This document shows positions 36,901-48,900 of a stretch of DNA of 64,000 bases, in pieces; positions within the stretch are counted from its first letter, which is position 1, and each line of letters begins with the position of its first letter. The notes under the pieces were generated by a model that searched no databases, was not told the origin of the DNA, and saw nothing but the letters and a program-made list of their open reading frames with translations. Source of the stretch: Podarcis erhardii (lineage: Eukaryota). Where the stretch lies: assembly GCA_964252035.1 (NCBI GenBank), contig OZ176201.1. One strand, 5' to 3'. Position numbers and translations under genes: made by a program.

Positions 36901-39900
36901 CCGTTTCATAAAATATATAAAATAAACACAATTCACACTAAAAGCATGTTTTGAGAATTTTGCACCAGTCTTTGCTTGTTTTCCTCTTCTCCATCCCGCT
37001 CCCCCTTCCCTTCTTTCCTTTTGCACCATGCCTTTTTAGACCGTAAGCCGGATGGCAGGCAGGGACTGTGTTGCTTTTATTGATTTGTAAGTCACTCTGG
37101 GAACATTTCCAGCCGAAGAATGGGTTACAAATGTTTTGAATGAATTGTTAAAAAATGTTTTTCTTTTTGATAGCTTCAGGTGTTGGAGCCCTTATTGCTT
37201 GGTCTTCTGGGAAGAGAGTAAGTGGTAGGGGTTAGAGCAGTCAGGGTTTGTGCTGATGGGTGATTCTCTGGATAAATCATTGCTCATTGGGGAGTTCTGC
37301 CTTCCCACCTGCAATACCCATCCAGCTGATTGGAAGTCATTTACTCAGGTATTTTGCTTGGACTAAGCCCAGAGTGCCTTTGCTTATTAGTGTTTCTCTG
37401 TACTTATGGAGGCACATAAATAGACACACACCCCAGCCCCTCCTTCATAACATCTTCTCCTAATTACCAGCCCCACTGTTTACCTGTAGCACTGACTTAG
37501 TTGGAGTTGGGACTCGGGTCAATTGACCAGTCAGATACCAGTCAATTGACTGCCTATTATTTAACTGGTCAAACGATCTATGAAATAAAGAAGGCCCATG
37601 TGAATGTGGCAGTCAGCTGCTTTATTGCATCTTGAGAGCAATAGCAGGAACAAGGGTCGCTTACACACTTTCTCCTCCCAATTAATCCAAAAATCCCAGC
37701 CTTTTCCATTGACAAAACCAACTGCTGGCATCTTTGAACAGGAACATACAGAGATCAGGAGGAAACGTGGAGCCAATAATGCAGAAAGGAGGCATGGGCC
37801 AGTGGAGGGTGTGTGTGGAGAACACGTTGGTATTTGTAGCATTTCACCTCTGTGAGTTTTTGCCTGTTTACAAGGCCGCAATCCATCTTGCCATCCATCT
37901 TGCTAATGCAACCTTTTATGAGAAACCTGTTTCTGTAACCAAAGAGCCAAGGTTTGGATGGCTCCGCTGGAGTCATTGCAGGGGCATGGGCCTAGAATTG
38001 CCAACTCGACAGGATATGACATAGGAGGGCCAGCTGCACTTGTGGCAGACTACATGCGCTGTGATTCAGAATGCCTGCGCACCAAAGAGGACCATGGAGA
38101 TGCTGGATAGCGTTCTGCGGGGTGCACTCAGCTTCTTTAGTCCTTGGTCTCTTGGATTTCATGCAGACCAGTTGTCCTCCCTAGAATGTCGCCTGCACTT
38201 CCCCCTCTCATGTAGTCATTCAACAATCAGCCTTATCATCTAGTCTGGTGGGGGAGGAGCAAGGTGAAGCCACTGGTTTCAGTCAGTAGAGCATGAAACT
38301 CTTAATCTCAGGGTTGTGAGTTTGAGCCCCCACATGGGGCAAAAGAGATTCCTTCATTGCAGGGGGTTGGACTAGATAACCCTCGTGGTCCTTTCCAACT
38401 CCACAATTCTATGAAAACATTGTGTGGGACGCTACATTTCAGTCTCCAGGCAAAGAGGCATTTCTTCCCCAAAGGATAGGTGCTCTGTGGGAGTGCACTT
38501 TTCCTTTCACAAAAGGAAGGGCAGACCTCTGGGAGTGAATTCTGCACATATTTAGGGACTCCCAGCCTTAGGTGCTGGGTTTTTTTGGAAACAAGATCAT
38601 GACGAGTACCCAGGTTAAGGTCCACCAGCACACCCCCTGTACTTGCTGTTGGAAAGAGGGGCCCTCTGTGAGATCTTCTGCTTTGTTTTTGTTAAGCTTC
38701 TGAGAGAGCACAGTAGTTTTGGAAATTGGTATATTTCTTTCCACCCCAGTTAGTGCCATTCTATTAATGCATTACGTAATTACTTAGTTGAATGCTGAAT
38801 TTCAGCTTGAAGCCTCCCAGAGCTCCTGCTCTGGGCCCACCTGCCCTGCCTGCTGGAAGGGGGGAGGCACTGCCTCTTTAAGAGCTGCCTCCTTTGTATG
38901 CTGTGGCTGCAGTATCTTGGCTTTGGGCTCCTGCCCTCGTGTCCAACTGCAAAGCAATGAAAAGGCACTTCCCTTGTTCTGGCTTCTCTGTTCCAGCAGC
39001 CACACAATGGAGCCTTGTTGTGTCAGGAACTCTGATCTCTTTGAAATAGCCCTCAAAGCTAGAGCCCGGCTCCCCACCCCAGCTACAGGTCTGTGCTCCC
39101 TGTTGAGGACAGGGACCCTGCTGCTCTCCACACACCCTCCATAAGGCAAGGGAGCACCACCACGTTCTGCCCCCGACTGCCTGGGTACACGTTCCCCACT
39201 GGGCAACTGCAGTGGTATGGCCAGGATGGTAGAACCTGCCTTCTGTTCCTCTGTTGACCTCTGGGCTTGGTCCTGCCTCTCCCCATCTCAAAGCAGCTGA
39301 ATCAGCAATGCTCCCAGCAGGGTCAAACCGAGACACTCCCCCTGCCTGCAGAGACTAGAATGTGATGCCTGGAGCATTGCTTGAATTCCTCCAGCGGTAT
39401 TTGGGAAATGTCTGTCTCATGCTGCGAGCTGCAGATGTGAGAATCCACTGTATGTTATACCGCGCAGATGCAGGACAGAGTTCTGGGGTGCATCATTATC
39501 TTCATGTGTTGTGTCCTGCCTCTCTTTCTGGGGTGCTCAACAGGAGTCATGCCTTTTTGCTAGGAAGCCACAGCCAATGTGGCCTTCTTAAGTGCTTCTA
39601 TTTTTGTTTGGGCTCACACATGAGAAAGGAGGAGCTGGCCTGCAGCTTCAAGTCACCTTTGTGCAGTGCTCTGCATGTATCCTAGCACTGTTTCGGAGGG
39701 GTCGTTTGGACAGTGGCAAAAACAGATGTAGCCTTGAATGACTACAGTGGGTTTCTCTTGGAAGTATGACATTGCTGTGTATGTATGACGGCAAATTTTC
39801 CCCCTGTTGCCTGATGCTTGTGGCAGCACACCTGCATCCTTAATTCACTCTGGAGGATCAAGATTGCCTTAGATCCTTCCTTGTGGTGGTGATTGTGGTG

Positions 39901-42900
39901 CTTAATAGGAGAAGCCTTGGGCAGAATTCAACATAGCATTCAGTGATGTATGCGTAAGTGGAACAAGGTCCATTGCTGCAATGGGACTTTTCCACCCATT
40001 CCTCCCCAAACCTGTTCATGTGTTGCAGGCAGAGGAGAGGGGAGGAAGTCCTATAGGAGAAGATCTTGTTTCTCACATGCAACAATTTAATCTTGCCTTT
40101 CATGTCATTGGCAATAAACAGCCCGGTTTGGGGAGCTTAGCTTTCCAAAAATGTTTGCTTAAGCATAGATTCCTGAATCTTGAGACTGGGTTGTAGGTTG
40201 GCAAAATTCAGTGTGTGAGAGACATCTGTGCCTTTTTTTTAATGGCTACCTAGAAGGAAGAGTTTATGGTTTGCACATAATGCTAAGCTATGGTTTGCTT
40301 AACAAACCACATGTTAACCAGAGGTTGCCCCACAGAGAATCAAACTAACCATGGCTTGTTACTCTGTGGTCAGCTTTGTTTTCCAGCTGTTCTTGCCTCC
40401 TTCCTTTGTAGCTTCATCAGTGTCTAGGGTGGGCTGGCCAAGCAAACTACAGTTAAGGAAGGGTGCTGGGTTCACATGTAACACCAAGCCATATTTAAAA
40501 TAAACCAGACTTCATAAGCCAATGACAAACCATGGCTTTCCTTGTTTCAGAATGTTGCTTCTATCTTGTGAGTCCTGCAGTTGCCTTGACCTTCACAGTG
40601 ACCTTTATTTTTGTATGTTTCTGTGGCTTTCCCTTCCCAGAAATAATGTCTTCCTCTCTGTTGTTCAAAGGAGGATCTAATTGTGTTCAATGGAGCTTTG
40701 ACAGCTAGTGATCGAACACAGGTCTCTCTAACCTAATATGCAGAAGTCAGTGCAGCAATTCTGTGCTTGGTGATTTCGGAGTGGAGTGGGAAAGAAATGA
40801 TTTGTGGGAAGTTGATGCTACTCACTATTGAAGCAAAGTAGTTTCTGGCTTGTCTGACTGCTACGCTTGTTACCAAAAGGATCCATCTCGATCTAGCATT
40901 CTGTGTCTAACACTATCCAGTCAGAAGCTTCTGGGAAATGCACAAGCAAGGCATCATCTAATACACATAGCTTGTTTGCTCCCAGAAACCAACAGATACA
41001 CACTGTATCTAACAATGGTGGCCCCATTGGCTTGTCATAGCAAATATTGGTTTGCTGTTCCAGTCTCATATATTGGACTATTTCTCCCCTCCGAAAAACC
41101 AGCACCACCATCAACCCATATCGGCAAGTGGTCATCACACATAATGTGCTGATGAATGCCATATAGTGGAATCAACAGTGGAATGAAAAAAATGTGTACG
41201 CTGGGTCATATGTTGCATACTCCAAGGGTTTATTGCATATTCTGGTTACTGCAAGCAGTTCTGGGTAAAATTGTGACTGCTGCATCAGTCTCCCTGGCCT
41301 GCCAGGAGCACATCATATCCTTGTTGAGATCCACCCATTGTAAGCAACTCTCTCTTTGTTTCTTTACCCTGGCAGTGCCCAGCGACCTGACCCCTGAGGA
41401 GCGTCAAGAACTCGAGAACATCCGCCGACGCAAGCAGGAGCTGCTGGCAGATATACAGGTATGTGGGGGATAGGGGTGTGGGGTGCAGGAGGGCATGCTG
41501 AAGGCCCCAGGTTCAGTCTCTGGCATCTGCAGGCAGGGCTGCAAAATTCCCTGCCGGTCAGTATAGACAGTATTGGAATTTGATGGACCAGTGGTTTTGA
41601 CTGGGTCTAACGCGGCTTCTTAAGATGTGATCAAGTAATTGCTGGATTAATGGGGTTTGTTTGTATGGCACAAGACTGACACAATACTTCCCACCAGGTC
41701 CCATTCCAAAGAAGAGTTGGTGGCTGTTTTGTAGCTTCCAGACTTGGTGCCTCTGTGTGTCCTGGCTTTCCCTCCTTCACCTTCTCTCATTTGGGGCTTA
41801 ACTGTTTTCAGTGCCGTGACTTCGCCCTGGAAAATGTGACACACACAAAAAAATATCTGAAGAAGTGTGCATGCACACGAAAGCTCATACCAAGAACTGA
41901 CTTAGTTGGTCTTTAAGGTGCTACTGGAAGGAATTTGTTTTGTTTTGACACAAAAAAATAGAATGCCTTTGAGCACATGTAGACTTGCTTTACCTTGATC
42001 CTGAGTAGCCACAGTGGAAACTCCTCCCCCACTCCCCAACACACACACCTTGGGTTAGCAGCAAGTGGTTCTTTGTGGACACGAAACCTTTGGCATTTCT
42101 TTCTTTGGATATTAAGTGCATGGCTATTCCTGCTCCTGTTCCCCCAGAGGATTCTGTGCACAGCAGCCCTGAGGCTCTGCACAGCAGGTGTCTTGGGCAA
42201 ACGTCACTGCAGATCAGCAGCCAGGCACAGTTCTGGCCACCCCAGCAGGGGTTGGGGGGGGTGAGAAATGGCTGGGGGTGGGGTCTGATTACCCAGTGCA
42301 GCTTCCATGTTGAAGGATCAAGTTGGTGGGGAGGGGCATCTCCACCCGCCTCTAGCCTTGACCTGTCAGGTTGATGTACCTTATGGACATGACAAGCTAG
42401 AAGGTGGGTTACGGATATAGGATTCTCTGTCAACCAGCCCCACCTCCCAGTCAAACCTGTTCCATCTTTCCCATATAAGGAAAGATGCTGTAACTAGCCA
42501 ATATTGGTGCAGACCTTTAAGAAGAAGGGGGTACGCCTTCCAAAGTGATGCTGGGAGAACATCCCCTTCCCTGTGTCCCACTCCTTCCGTGCCCTCAGAG
42601 GCAGTAAGTCTCACCCTCCCCTTGGCTCTGACATGGGCTGCCTGTTCCTGTGGCAACTTGCTCACGGGTGCTGGGCTTGGCAGGGCTGCTCATCAGTCCT
42701 ATCAGCAATAAATAAGGCAGTAGGAGAGGCTAATCACTGCCATATGCTGGACACTTCCTAATGAGATTAGCCCAGTAATTGTGTTAGCCCCAGGGGCTTC
42801 CTCTTCTTCCTTCCTTCCTAGAGCTCAGCATGCTGATGCCTCCCACAGATTGGCATCCATAGCCCAGCCTGCCTCTGAGCCAAGACAGGCAGACAGGCAG

Positions 42901-45900
42901 GCTTCTCTCTGGGCTTCATTTCCCAGGGCAGTGGGTGCCTGCAGCTGGCTTCAGCTATATCTGATGAGTCTCTGAAGAAGGGAACAGGGTTTCCCCTTAC
43001 GCAGGAAGGGAGAGGTTCTGTTGTTGAACCCTGCTTCCCGAGTCTCCTTAAGCCTCTACCTTGCAGGCTCCTGGATTTTTGCGGAGAAGTCAACTTGGCA
43101 AGTCTTTCCTCTGCTCTCTACGCATTACTTCTCCCTCTGCCCAACCCAACTGATCCTCAAACCTAGATTAATGAGCATGGGGAAAGGCATAAGAGGACAG
43201 AAAAAGCTGGAGTAATAATTCCAAGGTGTTCTTTTTTAAAAAAAAAGTTCCCCCCAAGAGCCCCACTTGATGGTGTGCTCATTCCCCTGCCTTTCTTCTC
43301 CTCTGCAGCGTCTGAAAGATGAGATAGCAGAGGTCACTAATGAAATCGAGAACCTGGGCTCTACAGAAGAGAGGTGAGTGGTGCTTCTGCTGGAGGAATG
43401 GGGAAGGTGATATTTTGGGGGGCTTTCTCAGAATAGAAATAGGGAGAAATAAAGTAAGCAGAAACCTGCACAGCAGAGCTGGCATGAATTCTAACATTAA
43501 TGGATATTCAGGGTCAAATCGGCCCACTGAAAACAGAAGACAACCCCTTCTACCAGGAGCAATACTTGAACGTCAGTCCAGATAACGTTGCACATTTCAT
43601 GCTGTGGATGAAACAATATCTAAAGGCAATCAAGAGTTTAAACTTGAAGAATAACCCCAAAGACTTATCGGAGACCCATTCAGATGCCCAGTAAAAATAG
43701 ATTTCCCTATTTTGCTGACTTCAGTTATCTGAGGAATGGGATTCCCTTGGTCTGGATTCCATCACACTTGTGTTGAGAATTGACATTTTAATCCTAGCTC
43801 TGTTCGTGTAGAGCAGATTTGCTTACATTTGAGGCCTATATGCTGAGCCTCTAGCCTGTCAAAAAAAAAAAAGATCATACAAATCTATTGAGAAGAATGG
43901 GGTGACAGTGGTGTGTGTGTTCTGGCTGGCTGGCTGTAATGTTCAGTCTCTTTAAGTAACCATGTGGAACGAAAAGCTCCCAGGCTGTTTTGCCTTGAAT
44001 ATCATCAGGGATCTCTGGCCTGGTCTGTTCCGCTAAAGGCTCTAGGTTTTGTCTTGCCCAGAGTCGTCCCTCCCACCCCCCAAAAACCCCCTTTTCTAGG
44101 ACTGGTCTTGCTTCCCCATCTGGCAGCAGGTTCCCTGTCTCAGGCAGTTAACTCTGAACTGAGGTAGATGGAGTCACCAACAGATTAGGCGGCCCAAATT
44201 GTCAATGGAAACTGACATGTGACGTCTCTTTCAATCACTCAGTGTGGCTTCCTTTGCCCATCCCTGGGGACGCCAGGCCCTTGTCATGTAGGGCATCCCA
44301 GGAGGCTTCCTCCTCCTCTTCCACAGTATATGGTCTTGAGATCGGTCTGCTGGTATGCCAGTTCCCTGCTGTAGTCTCCATTTTAGTGCTGGGAAGACAT
44401 CCAAGTTCCACCAAAACTTAGCTGGAGTGGCGAGAGGTCTTCATTATTTCGTAGGGTAGAGAATGTATTTCCTTGTGTTTAGAAACTTAGGCTTGCTGCT
44501 AGTAGGGGAGGGGTTTGTGCATGTGCGATGCACCCTGTCAGATAGGGAATGGAAAGTGCCTCATTGCCAACCTGCCTATGACTAAGATGTAGGCAGGTGG
44601 AGCATTGATGAAGTGGCACAGCCCCATGCTGCTCCTTGGTGGGGGTGTCTCTAACCCAAATCTTTTGTGCCTTCTAGGAAAACCATGCAGAGGAACAAGC
44701 AGGTGGCGATGGGCAGGAAGAAGTTCAATATGGACCCTAAGAAGGTAATCAACACTTCCTTACTATGGAGCTGGCAACAGGTGTTGTCCAGGGACCACCA
44801 CAAGGTCCCTCATTGCAGGCACACTGGCTACTGACTTGTGGACTTGGCATGGTGTTGGGATACTCAGGTCTCAGGGTGACTGATCCTGGCTAATGGTTAG
44901 AAATGCCCAAACAGACACATGTGCTCCTAGGGAAGGTGGAGCTAGTTGCGGGCCAGTAAGCCACTGGTGCAAATCTCACAACAGCCACGAAACCCATTAA
45001 ATGGTCTTAGGCAAGCCACTATTTTTTTAACCGCAGGCTCCCTCACCTGCAAAGACAGCCTGCCTTTAGGGCTATTGTAGGCACTACTAAGAAGGTTTGC
45101 ATGAGACACAGCTTGACCATTTCAAATCTATTATCTGCATTCTGTGCATTATTGGAGGTGTTTTGGGTTCCTGTACCTGTGTGTCCTGTGCAGGGGCAAA
45201 TGCAGAGAGACACCCTCTTCTTTCTGTGCTTGCAGGGAATCCAGTTCCTGATAGAGAACGACCTCTTGAAGAACACCCGCGATGATATTGCCCAGTTCCT
45301 CTACAAAGGGGAAGGGCTCAACAAGACAGCCATTGGCGACTACTTGGGTGAAAGGTAATGGGAGAAGGGAGCTCTGGGGCTTGGTCTTCCTTTATAGCCA
45401 CTACCATAATGGACTTTGGTTCCTATATCTCATGGGCATTCAAGAAATGGGAAAAGAACTTGGGATCCCAAGAGATCTCTTGCCAGTGCTCCATTGTTTC
45501 GAGTTTCCCATGTGGACTGGCTGAACTGGAGTTCATAGTCAGGACCTTGTTAGCATCCTTGGCTACTTGGAGGGTTTCTGTGCCCTGAGCCAAGCTTTGC
45601 TTACCAAGTTGCGGGGGACAGCTGAGGAATGCCAACTGAAATTGTGAATATTTAAACTGTGTGGGACTTTCAGGATCGTTCTCGCTGCAGCTGGCCAGTA
45701 CTGGGTACTTCAGCACTGCATAACACCTAAAGCCTTGAAAAACTTGCCTGTGCTCTGAAGCTTCTTGGAAGACTTCTGGTAACTTCTTAAGAATAGACAC
45801 CAGGCCATCTTAAAGGCCCAGAACTGACAGATTGAAAACTGAATATTTTGCATTCATGCAGAAGGTCCAGTTCCTGGCATCTCCAGGTATAATGATCCAG

Positions 45901-48900
45901 GATTGGGTAGCAATTAAAATGATGAGGGATTGGGTAGCAAGTCACGACAGAGAACCTTCTCTACATGTATTTCCCTGGAGAAAGACTGCCTGTCAGAATA
46001 GACCAGGGGTTCCCAAACTCTGGTGCATAGGCCACCAGAGGTCCACAAACTTCATCCAGGTGTGTCTGTGGATTTGTAGTTAAAGATGGGAGGTGGCAAC
46101 TTCATGGCATCAAACATTCATAATTGATTTTTAATTGCATTTTTAGTGCTTCCTCTATTCCTTACATTGTGTTTCGATTTTAATTCTGTGGACACAATAA
46201 AATACAATATATAAGAAATGAAAGGAGTAATAAAATACAATTAAAAACCATACCGTGTCTAGCATGGCACATTGCAACAGCCAGAAAAATCATTAAGCGG
46301 TCTGCTCAGACCATCCAGTAGTCCATGCTGGGGTGGGGAAATGTGGGAACCACTGGAACAGACAATATTGGACCAGATGGCGAGAGAGTCCCACCTGGGA
46401 TAAGGCAGCTTCCGGGCCAGGCCAAGAGGAGAGCCCAGTTCTTGGCAGCAGCAGGGGTTTGGCAGCTGTATGGGAATGGTGAGTTTGGTCGCTCTCACAT
46501 GTTCCCCTATTCTTTTGCCTCCTCACAGAGATGATTTCAATATCCAGGTGTTGCACTCATTCGTGGAGCTGCATGAGTTTACAGACCTCAACCTTGTCCA
46601 GGCACTGCGGTGAGTGGCAGCAGGATGTTTGTGAGTGAATCAGAGGTGTGTCCTTTTTCTCTTTTCCTGCACGGAAAAGGCAAGAAGAGGACATGTGTGG
46701 GCTTTGGGGCTCCCTAGGAAAGAGCAGTGGTTTGCAGTCCACGCACAGAGAGGGAAATATGTGACTTGGAAGTCTCTGGCACATCACACAGCCCTTCTAC
46801 CAAGGAATGTTACTTCTCTGTCAGCTTTGCTCACAGTCCTACTCAGCTTAGCTGACTATGTGCTCCTTTTCCCCGCAGGCAGTTCCTTTGGAGCTTCCGG
46901 TTGCCGGGCGAAGCACAAAAGATTGATCGGATGATGGAAGCCTTTGCACAACGGTACTGTCAATGCAACCCGGGTGTCTTCCAGTCAACAGGTACGCACA
47001 AATTGACATGCTGAACTCTGCAGGCAGCAAGGGTTTGGGATGCAGTTTTTCCTGGAGCATCCTCAGAGAGTTCACAGTTAGGTGCCTTCTGGCTCCCACT
47101 GCCAGATTTTCAGGCTTTGTTGCTTGGGAGTGGAGAAGGGCTGGCCATTGGGCCGCACAAAGTTCTGTCCCATAGTTAAAAGTGTGGATTTTGCTCCCAC
47201 AAGATGGAGAAATGGCCACCAACTTGGAAAGACCCAGTTCATGGGTATAAGGCTATCAGTGGCTACTAGCCCTGGTGGCTATGTTCTCTTTCCACTGTCA
47301 GAGGCAGAATGCCTCTGAAAAGTAGTTCCTGGGAATCACAAGTGGGGAGAGGGCTTTTGAGCTTGTGTTTTGCTTGTGGGCATTCTGCAGGCATTTGGTT
47401 GACTACTCTGAGAACAGGATGCTGGACTAGATGGGCCTTTGGTCTGATCCAGCAGGGCTCCCCGCCGAGCCACCCACCCACCCCAAGATAGCAAACAACC
47501 CAACACAGAGCATGCATCCTGGGACTTGGTGACACTTCCTAGGCTACCTAATTGTCTGAGTTTGTGCCTTGGTAATGGATGGAGCCCAAAGGGCAGCCCA
47601 TTCTGTGCTTGATCCATCCTTCACACCTTTCTCCACCCCAGATACCTGTTATGTGCTCTCGTTTGCCATCATCATGCTCAACACCAGTCTTCATAATCCC
47701 AACGTTAAGGACAAGCCGTCAGTGGAGCGCTTCATTGCCATGAATCGTGGCATCAATGATGGCGGGGACCTGCCCGAGGAGCTACTTAGGGTGAGCTTTG
47801 TGGGAAGGGAGTGGAAGTAGTGTTTGGAAATCACAGGACTGCGATAAGGGACATGGGGGTGGTAGGTCATCGAAATATTGGAAGTTGCCTTTGTACCTGG
47901 TCGTATTTGTCCATCTAACCCACTATTGTCCTGTTGCGTCTTATCTGGTTGACAGAGACTCTCTCCTGGGCCTCAGGCAGAGATCTTTCACATTGCCTGC
48001 TACCCGTTACTTTTTTGCATGTTAGATGTGGAGGATTTCACCCGGCACTTTCTGCATGCAAACGCTGGTCCCTTCCCAGGTTGGCTATTCCTCCTGGGAA
48101 GCAGGAGTTGGACTTGCACAGGCCCCCAATGCGTTTCTCTTCCTCCTACCAGAATCTGTACGAGAGCATTAAAAACGAGCCCTTCAAAATTCCCGAGGAT
48201 GATGGCAATGACCTGACGCACACTTTCTTCAACCCAGACCGTGAAGGCTGGCTTCTGAAGCTCGGTGAGTGCATCTGCGCAAGGTGCAAGGCCTCAGCCA
48301 TGCGGAGCAGTGCGGCTGTCGCCATGGCATAGGCTGCAGGGAGCAGGGAGTTCTGCGGCAGTCTGGTGACTTCTTCGGTTTGTTTTTTTTTGCATGGGGC
48401 TCGGTGGCCACAATCCAGCACAACACATACCCATTGCCAAACTCAGGATGCTTTCCTAATCATCCATGCTTCAGCAGGATGCTGAGCAAGGGCAGTCTTG
48501 GTTGCAGTGCTCAGCGTCCCCTAATGGCTCTCTTAACTTGGGCACAGCCGTCTGGTTTTGGTGATTTGGTGGGTTGGGGTGCTTATGACAGTGAGGAAGA
48601 CACATTGGTTTCATGGGCCCCAGAAACAGCAGATAAACTTGGGCTTTCTCTCCCTGGCTCCAATATTCCTAACCACAGTGGACTAAGCATTAGCCCAAGA
48701 CTTGTCTGTGGTTCTGTGCTTCTCACCTGACATTGGAGGCTAGTCTCTGGCATCACCTCCCACATCAACGCTGTGTGCGCACCGGCAGTGCATGCATGGC
48801 ACCTGCAAGGCATCCACCAGCCCACCAGCCTTTCCCTGCGCAGCCCTTGACCATCTTTCTCCTGCTCACTCAGAATGTTTCAGTTGTCTTGCCAGGTTAT

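Noticed and set aside
38269-38340. tRNA-Lys(CTT)-like sequence
   Set aside because: Acceptor and T stems are degenerate and it continues into a CR1-like tail, so it is a SINE head rather than a tRNA gene.
45900-45940. 14-bp direct repeat GGATTGGGTAGCAA x2
   Set aside because: Small local duplication next to a SINE fragment; no further structure.
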